Counted from the stretch's first letter, positions 23,647 to 38,150 are shown. The stretch: 64,000 nucleotides of DNA from Octopus sinensis (GCF_006345805.1 NC_043012.1:22320001-22384000), one strand, 5' to 3'. Notes: generated from the sequence alone by a model not told the origin. Numbers and translations: made by a program.

Positions 23647-24010
23647 TATATATATATATATGTATGTATGTATATATATATATAATGTATACCTATATGT
23701 ATGTGTCTGTGTATATACATATAATTATTTCTCTCATTTTTATGTTCATTTTTTGGTTGCAGGAACGGCGGGTATTAAAGTTTGGTGTCTTGATAGCCAT
23801 TAATAGCAATTAATGAGCATTCAGTGGAAGGGTTGATTAAATCTTCACTGCAGGCAAATAATGTCCATTAGTAGGGTTGAAAGGGCAAATATTTTTGACA
23901 TGGGGATTAACACCAAACTATTTATCTTTCATGTACAGCTCAGCTCAACAATCTACACTGTAAGCTATACATGATGACGCCTACAGATAAGTGCAGATTA
24001 TAGCTTTGGG

Positions 24011-24052
<42 letters not shown>

Positions 24053-24213
24053 GTGTGTATATATATATATATACATGTGTGTGTATATATATATATATAT
24101 ATATACATGTGTATATAAATACATACATACATATGTCTGTGTATATATATATATATACACACATATACTTATATATATTATATATATATATATATGTATA
24201 TATATTACACATA

Positions 24214-24266
<53 letters not shown>

Positions 24267-24342
24267 ATATATATATATAAACATATATGTATGTATATAT
24301 ATATATATATACATATATGTGTGTGTATATATACATACACAC

Positions 24343-24381
<39 letters not shown>

Positions 24382-24415
24382 TATATCACACATATATTTA
24401 TATATATATATATTA

Positions 24416-24500
<85 letters not shown>

Positions 24501-24579
24501 AATAAGCATACACATATATGTATATCTATTTTCATGTGTGTACATGGTTATATATGTATTTGTATGAGTAGATCACATA

Positions 24580-24623
<44 letters not shown>

Positions 24624-24925
24624 GGTGGGTGATATATACATGTGTGTGTGTATATATATATAATATATATATATATATACACACACACATGTATATATCA
24701 CCCCCCCCACATATATATATATATATATTGTTGCATGTACACAGATATTTGTTTGTGCACATGGATACATACATATATTTATACACAAATTTATATGTAT
24801 ACAGTATGTGTGTGTATATATATGTCTATATTTCCATATAATTCTCATTCTATCCATCCATCCTGCCCTGTGTGTGTGTATGTGTCTCTCTCTCTCCCTC
24901 CACACATATACAAGTGTATACATAC

Positions 24926-24972
<47 letters not shown>

Positions 24973-25014
24973 TATATATATGTGTGTATGTATATACATA
25001 TATGTGTGTGTATG

Positions 25015-25070
<56 letters not shown>

Positions 25071-25135
25071 AATATATATATATGTATGTATATATAAATA
25101 TATGTATGTATATAAAATGTGTGTGCTTGTATATA
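23270..25135. repeat. (TA)n/(TATG)n microsatellite field around a ~270-bp unique island (23740-24010)
   Basis: Direct reading. Confidence 0.9.
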
Positions 25136-25605
25136 CAATATAAACTGGAATAATTTCAGTAATGTGTCATCATCATCATCATCATCATCACCATCACCTC
25201 ACTGACCACCATCATTACCACCACAATTACTATCACCACCATCCGCATTAACAACTACACTGACCGCTGCCACTGTTACCCACCCCACCACCCCACCTCC
25301 ACCCCACCACCATTACACACATTGGCAGACTGTAGTTACAACCAGTGCCTATTGCATTATGTCAAGATGAACATTTCCAAAACTAGATAATGTCTGTTAG
25401 CAGTAAAGTTGGGAGATAAGTCTAGTGAAGACCTTGTTAAGTAAATGTTGGAAATCTCTCTCTCTATCTTCTTATCTGTCTGTCTCTCTCTCTCTCTTCT
25501 TATCTGTCTCTCATACATGCATGTACACACATATATACACACATATATCTGTTTATCCATCTTTCTCTACTGCCCACACACTCTCTCTTGCTGTGTGTGC
25601 CTATC

Positions 25606-25641
<36 letters not shown>

Positions 25642-26205
25642 CATGTATATATGTATCTATGAGTGTGTATATATATATATATATATATATGATCCTCATC
25701 ATTCTCACTTGATGTCCAATTTTCCATGCTTGCATAAGAGTCAAATGGATTTTCTGTTGCAAGATGCCCTTCCTTTCACAAAACTTTCACCTTTTCCCAG
25801 CAAAGGTAATATTTCCTTATGACCAAACATATCTTTTACAAAAAAACACTGCCTGCATGATGGTGAATCTCGTTTACAACTATCAGGAGAAATCAAGGTA
25901 AAGAAGCAGTAACATACACACAGACGCACATGCACACATAATGGATATCCTCACAGTTCCTGAGTACCAAATTCACTGACAAAGTTTTGGTCAGCTCAAC
26001 ATTATAGAAGAAGACACTCACCCAGAGTGCCATCCAGTGGGATTGAACCTGATACAATGTGGTTTATATATATTATATAAATGATATTTGTTTATATCTC
26101 ACTTTGCATAGCAATCATCATACAACTATCACTATATGTGGGTGTATGAATGTATGTATGTATGTATGTATGTGTATGTGTATACATACACACATACATA
26201 TATAT

Positions 26206-26394
26206 GGATCGTTAGCTCCTACATGCATTTTTTTCTCTCCTTGTTTCTCTCCTTTTTTTTCTGTGTATCTTTCTGTCGAAGAGCGTAGGCTCGAAACGTA
26301 AAAGACTTTTTCTATTCCTGAGCGCTATACTAATACATTTGTTTGTTTGTACTCCACCTGCCTTCGTCTTTTGTTTATTTTCGTAAACTTTCCC
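26206..26394 (+). mobile_element. Family H1 HHR-like element
   Basis: TCTTT-CTGTCGA-A-GAGC..GCTC-GAAAC-GTA-AAAGA at 26268-26305. Confidence 0.7.
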
Positions 26395-26617
26395 TTTATA
26401 TATAATGTATATAGGTAGATAGATAGATGAATATATAGTTTGTTCTGATTTTCTGTTTGTATTTAGTGCTAATATCGTACTTGGGGATGTTGGAAGCAAG
26501 GGATTCTCAATGGCAAACAATGAGAATGAATGCTCAACACTGCATTAGATCAACACCATTCCACCATCTGACTGGCTTGAAAAGTTGTCAAGATATTAAG
26601 ATATTAAGATATCTATA

Positions 26618-27015
26618 GGCGCAGGAGTGGCTGTGTGATAAGTAGCTTGCTAACCAACCACATGGTTCTGGGTTCAGTCCCACTTCGTGGCATCTTGGGC
26701 AAGTGTCTTCTGCTATTGCCTCGGGCCGACCAAAGCCTTGTGAGTGGATTTGTTAGACGGAATCTAAAAGAAGCCCGTCGTATATATGTATATATATATA
26801 TGTATGTGTGTCTATATATTTGTGTGTCTGTGTTTGTCCCTCTAGCATTGCTTGACAACCGATGCTGGTGTGTTTACATCCCTGTCACTTAGCAGTTCGG
26901 CAAAAGAAACCAGTACGGGCTTACAAAGAATAAGTCCCGGAGTCGATTTGCTCAACTAAAGGTGGTACTCCAGCATGGCTGCAGTCAAAATGACTGAAAC
27001 AAGTAAAAGAGTAAA
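26618..27015 (+). mobile_element. SINE family A, full length
   Basis: GGCGCAGGAGTGGCTGTGTG head through the ACTGAAACAAG tail. Confidence 0.9.
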
Positions 27016-27146
27016 GAGAGGGAATATATTTTTTTAACATGAAACCAATGGTAGCCTTAATACACAGATAAAGAAATTTTATCCACCAATGCAGTGTTGA
27101 GCACTCATTCTCATTGTTCTACATTTACATGCATGTATATATATAT

Positions 27147-27514
27147 ATTCTTTTATTTGTTTCAGTCATTTGATTGTGGCCATGTACCGCCTTTAGTCAA
27201 ACAAATTGACCCCAAGACTTATTCTTTGGTAAGTCTAGTACTCATTTTATTGGTCTCTTTTGCCGAACTACTAAGTTATGGGGACGTAAACACACCAACA
27301 TTGGTTGCCAAGCGATGGTGTGGGGACAAACACAGACACACAAACATATACATATATATATATGTATACAACAGGCTCCTTTCAGTTTCCATCTACCAAA
27401 TCTGCTCATAAGGCTTTAGTAGAAGACACTTGCCCAAGGTACTATGCAGTGGAATTGAACTTGGAACCATGTGGTTCAGAAGCAAACTACTTACCACTTA
27501 GCCACTCCTGCGCC
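27147..27514 (-). mobile_element. SINE family A
   Basis: Reverse-strand head, body and tail. Confidence 0.8.
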
Positions 27515-28174
27515 TATAGATATATATGAATGCATTGACATATCATTCATCCAAGCCATATATTTGATACTAACGTTTAACAACACCTCATATATTTCCT
27601 GAGTAGGTACTCATAAAAATTCATTTACTAAAACTAATATATTTTGTCAACAACCAAAGCAACATATGCACATAATATAAATGCCATTATGATTCACCCC
27701 ATGTATATAGCAAGTCTTTATAGAGTAACAAACATACATCACAATATACAAATCTTATTCAATCTGTATCCACTGCATATATTTCCTATTCTTGATATAA
27801 ATGAGTTTCCATATTTCAATTTTCATGTACTAAAATATGCACATTTGCAGTATGCATACACATTGTACAGTGCATCCGACATTAACTGAAGATAATCTAG
27901 ATGTTCTTTCCTCGAGACTTGTATTTTTACTACACACGGACACACACAGAGTGTTCATAAATTATCTTTACAACTTCTACAATTGTACGATATCGTTTAG
28001 ATGCATTGCATGCAACCAATGGAGCCTATGTGGATGGGTTCTGATGTCTCTATTAAAATTTCATTTGCTAATAAGGTCTGCTAAGTTAACTCTATTTTTC
28101 ATTTTCTTTCTGAACTTTTCAAACTGTAAATGTAAATTATGGACATATGGACAGCGTGTGTATATATGCATATA

Positions 28175-28470
28175 TATGGCTTAGTGGTTAGAGGGTTGCA
28201 CTCAATATCTAGTGATTGTGATTTCAATTGCTATACCAAATAGTGCATTGTATTCTTAAGCAAAACACTTCATCTGTTGCTCTGCGAACACTTGAACACC
28301 TGATGCATGGTTCACCTGTGCACCTGTTCAGGTAACATTGATTTGAAGGAGAGGGGGTGAGTTAATGTGCAGCACAAATATTTCATCCCTTTAAACAAAT
28401 CATTTGTGCTGGGTGTTTGGCAGAAGCTGAACGCACTTATGTCGTCTTCAACAGGAGAGTCCACCATACA
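28175..28470 (+). mobile_element. Old SINE family B-related copy
   Basis: ATGGCTTAGTGGTTAG head; body similar to 20789. Confidence 0.5.
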
Positions 28471-29000
28471 CACACACACACACACACATACACATACACA
28501 CATATAAATAATGTATAAATATATGCATATGTACATACATATATGTACAAAGCTACATATATATGTATATATATATATACATGCATATATGGGGACATCA
28601 AAAAAAAACGTAAACAAAATGAGAAATGTGAACATAAAAAACAAAAACATAGAAACCGAATATTTTTTTCAAACAACAAAAGAAACAAACAGAGAAACAA
28701 AACGGAACATAAAGAATATTCCCTTCATCAGTTGTCCCCTGTTTTATCTACTCTGCGTTTCGAAGGTAGGGACAAGACACAACTTCATTAAAACAGTCCT
28801 TCCCACAAAGCAAACTATATATATGTGTGTGTGTGTAAATATAAATTAGAAAAAAACACCTTTTATCAATTCAAAATGAAAAATTAAATTACACCATCTA
28901 GAAAATTACATATAATAGAAATATTAAATATAAGATAAAAAATATACCGATGATTAAGTAATGTGCAAAATAATAAATAAAACGTATATATTTGGTAGAA

Positions 29001-29104
29001 TAACAACACGTGTTTTGTGGCTATATTTAAGAAGTGATTATAGTAAAAATATTAGTAGTAGTAGTAAAATCACTTCAATTTAAATATAGCCACTCATCAG
29101 GTTA
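29001..29104 (-). ncRNA. Hammerhead ribozyme motif with very long helix II (G12 mutated to A)
   Basis: TAAC-CTGATGA-GTGGCTATATTTAA...TTAAATATAGCCAC-AAAAC-ACGT-GTT-GTTA. Confidence 0.6.
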
Positions 29105-29185
29105 AAAATAACTACAATAATAAAATAATTAATTAATAAATATCTGTGAAAATCTTTTAAAATATAAATATATTATTTAAAATAG

Positions 29186-29228
<43 letters not shown>

Positions 29229-29564
29229 ATATATATATAGGATACAAAATATACATTAAGTGAAAACTAAATACAACACTTTAAACTATATACATTAAAT
29301 CAAATTATTAATTAATATATTTATTTAATAAACATCCAAATACAGTCTAATACCATTTAAGCAATTAATACTACAAACCTTAAAATTAATTTTTAAAAAA
29401 TTTTATAATAAAATGAATGTCTTTTTCTAATTTATATTTATATATATATTATATTTTGTGAAATTTGATTTAGTATTTCTAAATTTAATTTTTCCCTGTA
29501 AGTTTGGAATAATATTCCCTCAAATTATTATTATATATCTATATATGAAATACGTTCATGTATG

Positions 29565-29945
29565 TGGAAGGGAGTGACACAGGAAGCCCTAGGATGACAT
29601 ACTGAAGGCTGATCTCAAACTGCTGAGCCTTACACAGGAAATGACAGAGGTGTGACACATTGCTGCACTTGAGAAGACCCACCCAGCACTACATAATTGA
29701 GACTCTAAAACCAAGGTGCCACATAAAATGCACTGGTGCTGGTGCCACATAAAAAGCGCTAGTGATGGTGCCATATAAAAAGCACTTAGTACACTCTGCA
29801 AAGTGGTTGGCATTAGGAAGGGCATCCAGCTATGGAAATCATGCCAAAACACACTATGGAATCTAGTGCAGCCCTTCACCTTGCGAAGTCCTGTCAAGCC
29901 ATCCAACCCATGCCAGCATGGAAAACGGATGTTGAATGATAATGA
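29565..29945 (+). mobile_element. RTE-clade 3' fragment
   Basis: LKLLSLTQEMT-like coding end, GTGCCACATAAAA repeats, shared RTE terminus. Confidence 0.65.
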
Positions 29946-30337
29946 TGTTGATATATACTTACACACACACATCAATCATTACCATTTTAATGTCCACTTT
30001 TCCATCCTTGCATGGGTCAGATGGAATTGGTTAAGGCAGATTTTTATACAGCTTGATGTCCTTCCTGTCACCAACCCTCACCTCTTTCCAAGCCAAGTAA
30101 TATTTCCCATGGTCAGACATGCTTCTCACTGATGATTGGAAATGAACAACGTCACTTGTATGATGGCAATGCACATTTACAACCATTACGTGATGACTAG
30201 ACAGGGGTATAAACAGACACAAATATGTACATACGTATACATATATAGTGAGAATTTACAAAAAAACAAAAGACGAAGACGGGTGTGTAAACAACAAACA
30301 GATGTATCAGTTTAACGCTCGGGAATATATATATATG

Positions 30338-30373
<36 letters not shown>

Positions 30374-30546
30374 TGTAAAAACGTTGAATGTAGATTCGTC
30401 CTTTAATTTAGAGGTTTCCAAAAAAGATTTCTAATGTTGATTCTTCATATTTTGCTGGTAGTTTACAGGTGTAAATTTGCGAAGATGTGAAAGTAATACT
30501 TGTATATGATGTACGGGGAATTTATGGAAAGAAGTCCCATAAAACT

Positions 30547-30589
<43 letters not shown>

Positions 30590-31774
30590 TATGTGTGTGT
30601 GTGTATATACACATGTGATGGACTTCTTTGAATTTCACTCTTCTAAATTCATTCCCAGGGCATTGGCTGGCCCAAGGCATAGACCCAAGGTGCTTCCTAG
30701 TAGAAGTGAACCTGAAATCATGTGGTTGAAAAGTGAGCTTTTTAACCACACAGCTAAGCCTGTCTCTGTTTTATGCAACACACAGTGTAGAAATCAGGAG
30801 GATTAGAAGAGAAAATAAAACATGAATGAAATGAGTCAGGTCAACACTTAACATGGAACAAGTAAAATAAGTGACTGGTTTATCCTCTCTCGTATGAACA
30901 TAAGAAAATAAAGTTATAATGAAATGAAATCTAAAATATTAATAAGTCTCTGTGGACTGAAGTTCATAATAATTATATTGTATCTCTGAAGAATATTAAT
31001 TATTGGCTACTCCTTCCAGGAAAGCAATAACAAAGTGGGGTTGGTGGAGGAAGAAAGATTGAACATCATCATCATCATTTAACGTCCGTTCTCCATGCTA
31101 GCATGGGTTGGACAAATAAATAAATAAATAAATAAATAGATAAATAGATAAATAAATAAGGGGTCTCCTTCATCAGGTGGACTCAGCTGGCAAAAAAAAA
31201 ATAGGGTATTTAATATGATGCTTGCTAATTATTATAACGGTTAGTCGAGGCTGTTGTCACTTGGAAAAACATTAGCAAATTGCCTGTTTCATATCAGTGG
31301 TGAACTCTGGAGATGTGTGTAGGGGTGTGTGCCTGCATGTGAGAGAGAAAGAGAGGGAGGATAAGAGTTATGAGGAAAGATGTAGAAAAAGGATTGAGAG
31401 TTGAATTAGATAGGAAGGGATAAATGACAAGAACTGAGGAAGAGAGAGAGAGGGTTTTATAATTTTTATAATCTAACAAACCAAAACTGTCCCTCTCACT
31501 CTGTTCCCATTCAAGATGCATAGTGAATGAGCCTCTATGAGTCTGGTTGCCTCTCTACAAGAAACAGCAGCTAAATATCCCACATGTCACAAACCTAGCA
31601 TATTGAGACATAAAAACGATACATTGGCCTGAATAGTCCAGGTTACACTGTGTCAATGGAAGATGCTCACATTTGGTATGGCCCTGAATATACCTAGATT
31701 TGCTTAATCAGGGTTCACTTGGGGTTAAACAACAATATGCAAACACTTGCACACACACATATAATATATATATA

Positions 31775-31985
31775 TATATATTCTTTTATTTGTTTGTCAT
31801 TTGACTGCAGCCATGCTGGAGCACCGCCTTTAGTTGAACAAATTGACTCCAGGATTTATTCTTTGTAAGCCTGGCATTTATTCTATCGGTCTCTTTTGCT
31901 GAACCATTAGATTATGGGGGCATGAACACACCGACATCGATTGCCAAGCAATGGTGGAGTGGGGACAAACACAGACACGCACACT

Positions 31986-32028
<43 letters not shown>

Positions 32029-32140
32029 CAGGCTTCTTTCAGTTTCCATCTACCAAATCCACTCACAAGGCTTTGGGTGGCCCAAGGTTATAGTAGAAGA
32101 CACTTGTGGCTGGTAAGCAAGCTAATTACCACACAGCAAC
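31775..32140 (-). mobile_element. SINE family A
   Basis: Reverse-strand copy with internal (TA)n. Confidence 0.75.
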
Positions 32141-32151
32141 TCCTATATATA

Positions 32152-32300
32152 GTGAGAATTTACAAAAAACAAAAAGGCAAAGGCAGGTGTATAAACAACA
32201 AGCAGGTGTATTAGTTTAATCCTCGGGAAGTGAGAAAGTCTTTTACATTTCGAGCCTATGCTCTTCGACAGAAAGGAACACAGAAATAAACAGGGAGAGA
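32152..32300 (-). mobile_element. Family H1 HHR-like element (partial relative at 30248-30325)
   Basis: Motif at 32239-32276. Confidence 0.65.
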
Positions 32301-32314
32301 ATATGTATATATCA

Positions 32315-32551
32315 TTATCATCATTATCATTGTTTAACGTCCGTTTTCCATACTGGCATGAGTTGGACGGTTCAACTGGGGTCAGGGAAGCCAGGAGGCT
32401 GCACCAGGCCCCAATCTGATCTGGCAGTGTTTCTACAGCTGGATGCCCTTGCTAATCCCAACCACTACAAGAGTGTAGTGGTGCTTTTTACGTCATGTTT
32501 GGATGGTGCTTTTTATGTGCTACTGTCATGGGGCTCGCAACTACAATTTCC

Positions 32552-32584
<33 letters not shown>

Positions 32585-33570
32585 TAATAATAATAATACT
32601 AGGGAGTATATCCAAACTTACAGGGAAAAATTAGATTTAGGATTAAATCAAATTTCACAGTATAAATATAAATTAAATTGAGTTGCCTAATAGTGGTTTT
32701 ATCTCTAATTTAATTTATATATATATATATAATGGAAATTAAGGTTAAGGTTAGGGTTTACTGGAGATGATATAATTAATTATTCCACTAATTTACCAAG
32801 ACCTAGGTGCTCCTGTGTGAAAATATTCCTGCAGGATAGGTCAGTAACAATTATCACTGAATCAGTCTAAGGGAAGCTTCGGTTGATCGTTTGGTGCCAG
32901 TTCATCTTGGGATGTCCCTTCTGCTGTTGCATCCAAGGATTCCACTGAAGGCTTGGTTAGTGAGTCTCTTCATTGGGGGGTCTTACAACATGTAGCAGCC
33001 AATTCAGTTGGTGATGGACACTGGGCACTGCTTTGCTCTTCTCTTGATTTGGTCTGGAAGAAAACGATTCCCATTCCACCATGCCAAATTTCAGACATTG
33101 TTCCATTGACAGAAACAAATATTATTAGAACTCTTCAAGGAAGTCAGCTGTCAAAATTCTTACCAAATGTAACAAATTGCTTGGCAGCATTTCCTCCAGC
33201 CCTTTAAATTTATCATCATCATCATCATCATTTAATGTCCGCTTTCCATGCTAGCATGGGTTGGACAATTTGGCTGAGGTTTGGCGAACCAGACTCCAAT
33301 GTGATCTGGCAGAGTTTCTACAGCTGGATGCCCTTCCTAATGCCAACCAGTCTGAGAGTGTACTGGGGGTTTTATGTGCCACCAGCACGAGGGCCAGTTT
33401 CATGATAGTGGTAACGGCCACGCCCAAATGGTGCTTTTTATGTGCCACCTGCACAGGAGCCAGTCCAGCGGAACTGGCGATGACCTCACTCGAATGATTC
33501 ATGTGCCACCGGCACAAGTGCTAGTAAGGCGACGCGGTAACGATCACGCTCGAATGGTGTGTTTAACGTT
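32315..33570 (-). mobile_element. RTE-derived pieces: 3' ends at 32315-32545 and 33215-33570, older ORF2 C-terminal remnant at 32830-33200
   Basis: Shared RTE terminus; remnant translates as WLLHVVRPPMKRLTNQAFSGILGCNSRRDIPR. Confidence 0.6.
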
Positions 33571-34509
33571 GGGTTCAAATTCCATCCAAGTCAACTTTGT
33601 CTTTCATCTGGGGTCAAAATAATTAACTTAACCCCTTCACCTAAATTTCAGGTCTGGTACCTAGAGTAGAAAGAATCGATGATGATGACGACAATGTCTT
33701 CTTGCAGGATGAGTGATGAATGATCAGCCAGTGTCAAATGATTGGCCGACATGATAAACCAAGTGTGTTCATTGACTTTTGATCCTCACTTATTGAAAAC
33801 TTAAACGCTGCTTTAGTAAGAGCGAATTTTTTAAGCTTGCATGTTATCGTTTATCATGTCGAGGGTAACCAAAGCCATCAATTATTTCACACCGACAGCT
33901 TGAAAACTTACCTCTTCATTAGACTTTCCCCCTCCACCACTTTCTGCTCTGTGTGTCTGTGTATGTTTGCAAGTGTGTGCATACATGTGTGTGCATGCAT
34001 GGGTGTGCACGTGTGTGTGTGTGTGAATAGGATAAAGAAGTGCACATGATTACTCCACAGTAATTGTAAGCTGTTGATGCTAATGTTGTCTTCTAAAGAT
34101 TGCAATCACTTGTAACATCTAACAGGAGTTTGTGTGTGTGTGTGTGTGTGTGTGATTTTCTGGGGTTATATTTATATTTTTATATTTTTTTTAAGGAAAA
34201 AACTGCTATGGGTTCACTACCACCACCACCACCACAACCACCACTACCAATACCACCACTGCAGCTAGTTTACATTTACTACGGTTAATAATGATGATGA
34301 TGATGGGGATAATATAGTCATCATAATCATCACCATTATCATCACCATCATTGCCAAAAAAAGAAAAAAAATCACCAACATAGTATTATCACAATGCTTG
34401 CTGCTGTTGTTGTTGATGATGATGATGTTGCTAGAGTTGTCATTTTTCTTCTCATCATAGTTATTATCATCACCATTAAATCATCATTATCATCAAATAG
34501 TTATTATTA

Positions 34510-34589
<80 letters not shown>

Positions 34590-34639
34590 GTTGTTGCCAC
34601 CATCCTTATAGTCCTGATTATTAATCTCGATTATTATCA

Positions 34640-34688
<49 letters not shown>

Positions 34689-35699
34689 TCGTTGTTGTTG
34701 TTGTTGTTGTTGTTAATAATATTCAAAAAAATGAAACAGTTCCGAATTTATTCTTCTCCCCCCCTCCCACCCCCGCACACCACCCAATACCGCTCTTAGC
34801 CGGGTATTTCCAACCTTCTTGGAACCTATAATTCTAATTGACAATAGAATAAATTTTCAATTTGCCATGTTTGTTGAGCGTCTACATAAATTCTGCAGAA
34901 TTCAAAGTTATAAAAAAAAAAAGAAAAGAACAAAAAAAAAACCAACCTAAAATAAAATTTAAAAAATACAACAAAATAATCTAATTAATTATTTATTTTT
35001 TATTTTTCAATGTTATATCATTTTTTATGTTTTATTATTTTTGGTTAATTTTCTGTCAGATTTTTGAAGATTTTTTTTTTTAGCTTCTTTTTCTTTTAAT
35101 AATTTCTCCTCTAATTAGTTTTTTTTTTTTTTAATACAAGCAAACTAATTAGAAGCAAAATAGATGTTGATAACAATTTCTCTAAAACGACAATCTATGC
35201 TTTAATTTGATATTATTACTCACAATAAATTTGTTTTAATCCACCTAGAACGATAATTATCATCATCATCAGCAGCAGCAACAGCATTAGTATCATTATC
35301 ATTTATTATCATTGCTGTTGTTACTACTACTACTACTACTACTACTACCAGAAGTAGTAACACTATCACTATTTTTTATTATCGGCTTCCTACTTAGACA
35401 TTAGTTTTGTAAAAGAAAGAGGGGAATGGGATGTTATGATGTTCATGCCTCATCCTGTTTTTTCACCAAGGAAATCTCTGATCTAACTAAATGTAATTTA
35501 ACCGACAGCTTACTTTTTCTACTCCATAAACGGTAGATTATGGAATACAAGAATTGGTAAGACTTGAAAAATGTGGTCTGCCATATTTGAACTCCAAATG
35601 TAAAAAAACAAACAAACAAAAACAAAAACACAGTAAATACAAACAGCATGATATTTAATCCTACCTTTTCTGCCAATCTAATTATGATAATGGTTTCAA

Positions 35700-36120
35700 A
35701 TTTTGGCACAAGACCAGTAATTTTGAGGGGTGGGGAAGTTGATTACATTGACCTCAGTTCTTAACTGATAATTATTTCATCAACCCTGAAAGGATGAAAA
35801 GCAAAGTTGACCTCAGCAGAATTTGAACTCAGAACGTAAAGATATGGATGAAAAGCTGAAAAGCATTTTGTCTGGTGTGCTAACGATTCTGTCAGCTTGC
35901 TGCTGTAGTAATGATAATAATCCTTTCCACTCTAGGCACAAGGGCTTGAAATGGGGAGCAGTCAATTATAGCGACCCCCAAGGCTCAACTGGTACTTAGT
36001 TTATTGATCCCCGAAAGGATGAAAAGCAAAGCTGACTTTGGTGGAATTTGAACTCAGAATGTAAAGACAGATAAAATGCTGCTAAGCATTTTGCTCAGCA
36101 TGCTAACAATTCTGCCAGTT
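35700..36120 (-). mobile_element. Two tandem SINE family C copies (tail type ATT)
   Basis: CTGAGTTCAAATTC..CTTTCATCCTTTC..AAGTACCAG body twice; tails end in ATT-type repeats. Confidence 0.75.
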
Positions 36121-36122
36121 CA

Positions 36123-36157
<35 letters not shown>

Positions 36158-36179
36158 TAATAATAATAATAATAATAAA

Positions 36180-36734
36180 ATGCCCTGATACAGTACCAGG
36201 CAATGGCTATCATGGCTTCTGATCTTAACAGATTGGAAGTGTTATTATGTACATTGTTTTGTCTTGGTATAAAGGATGGGCTACAGCAAATATTCTGCTC
36301 AATACCACAGATTTGCTTGTCAGTTGTTTGACCGTAACCATTCGAGGATGTCCCTTAGTCGCTGACGGTATGTGCATCTCTGATGATGAGCAGAAGTAGT
36401 GGGGGAGCATCATAGCCATGTGTTGAGAGGGATTCTTTGGGATTTGAATAATTCACCTTTCAGAAACATGGGCGTTTTGTTCATCATCCTTAAAACAAAC
36501 CTTATTCAGGGACCTTTCGAGTGGGATGGGCTACTCAACCTAAAGAAAAAGTCTAACTGGGCCCCACCTGCAAAGTCATGTACTGTTTGTCTTGTTTTAA
36601 GAACATTTTGTGCACATTTGGTTGTGATACATATGTCTGGCGTACTTTTATTAGATGGGTAGCATTGATGGGTAAACAGGGCTTCATATACTTTCCCCAG
36701 TGTCATTTTGATGGCATGCACTGCTCTCTTGCTC
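36180..36734. mobile_element. Unclassified ~555-bp insertion flanked by (AAT)n
   Basis: (AAT)n at 36127-36177 and 36735-36790; no coding similarity recognised. Confidence 0.35.
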
Positions 36735-36792
<58 letters not shown>

Positions 36793-37135
36793 GGATAACC
36801 GTACCTGTGATCATTGAAACTCTGGGAATAATACCAAATGGCACTCTTACATGATGACCAAATAACAGGAAAACCAAAATTATCAGAACTACCAAAAATT
36901 GTTCTCATGTGTATTACCTACATCCTAAGAAAAACATTGTCAACCTGAATATAGCTGATTCTTTTAAAACTCTTTCATATTAGAAATGTTACAAATTTAA
37001 CAGAATCTGGGAATCTGGTCTCCTTGCTCTACAATATATCATTGGCAATCATAAATAACACCCATAGTAAAACGTCCAGCTTGCTTGAGGTCTGTGGGTG
37101 ACACTTGGAACAGTTTGTATAAAAGAAAGCAACAA
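36793..37135 (+). mobile_element. R4/Dong-like LINE 3' fragment 1
   Basis: ITVPVIIETLGIIP..LPKIVLMCITYILRKTLS-type C-terminus. Confidence 0.65.
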
Positions 37136-37139
37136 TAAT

Positions 37140-37325
37140 GTGTGTCCCCAGATATGGTAATGTCTATGATCTTGGCTTCCTTTTATCCACAACAACAATG
37201 TCTGGTCTCCAAGTATCATTCACTGAGTCACACTCGATTGTAAAATCCCATAAGATTTCATATTCATTATTCTTGGCGACACATTCTGGTCTATATTCAA
37301 ATCATTTCTGTGTTCTTTCAAAACT
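37140..37325 (-). mobile_element. R4/Dong-like LINE fragment 2
   Basis: EILWDFTIECD..WRPDIVVVDK restriction-like endonuclease motif. Confidence 0.7.
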
Positions 37326-37399
37326 GATGATGATGATAATAATTATAATTATAATAAGCATGATAGAGTGGTATAGTATATTCACTGAGTAATTTGCAA

Positions 37400-38150
37400 A
37401 AACCTAGACCTACCCCATGATAAAAACTGGTGGAAACACAAACCACTTCCAGCACTTGAAAATGATTGCATCTCACTCTTTTGGAACTTTACTTTTCAAA
37501 CCGACAATAAGATAGATGCAACTAGGCCCGATATTATATTGAAGGATTTCAGACAAAAATCATGCCTCCACATCTATACGATTGTCTCAATCGACATAAA
37601 TGTATCTATTAAGACCTGCTAAAAACTGAGCAAATATTAAAATCTTGAAATAGTAATTGGCAAAGTATGGAACCGCAAGACTAAAACAATACCTGTTGTC
37701 ATAGGGGCCCTAGGAATGATAGCAAAATGGGCTGATTCCTACCTAGCTCAGATACTAGAAAATCCAAAAATGGAAGAAATTCAAAAAGTACTACTCATGG
37801 GAATTGCTCATATTCTAAGAAAAATATTGTCAATGTGATTACTAAAACATTTTAATCTGTGAACATTACCAAAAGTACTTTTAAATGTACACTATAGCAA
37901 AAAACAATTTACAGTCATCTTAAGACCACACTGTTATCTTATCACCAAATTACTTTTAAAACAAACTTCTAATTTTCTTATGCTTTGACAGACATTCTCT
38001 AGAGCAATACTTTGTGCAAAACCAAATATATGGCACTCTAGTCATAACACCAACTTGAACTTCTAATTTATTGTCTCTTGAGGTCTCTGAGTGAGACTTG
38101 GAGTCAACTTGTACAAATACAGAGCAAAAACCAAACAAATAATAATAATA
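37400..38150 (+). mobile_element. R4/Dong-like LINE 3' fragment 3
   Basis: WNFTFQTDNKIDATRPDIILKD..IPVVIGALG..ILRKILSM*; (AAT)n tail. Confidence 0.8.

Noticed and set aside
23520-25140. Long Y/I/H-rich ORFs (also 58600-59340 and 60660-63990)
   Set aside because: Translations of (TA)n/(TACA)n repeats.
28690-28760. Additional HHR candidates (also near 31150, 48880 and 50715)
   Set aside because: CTGATGA or GAAAC is present but the other core half or helix I is missing.
28850-29560. Mitochondrial control-region insertion
   Set aside because: Only AT-richness supports it; no mitochondrial gene or tRNA is recognisable, and the hairpin is better explained as a hammerhead helix II.
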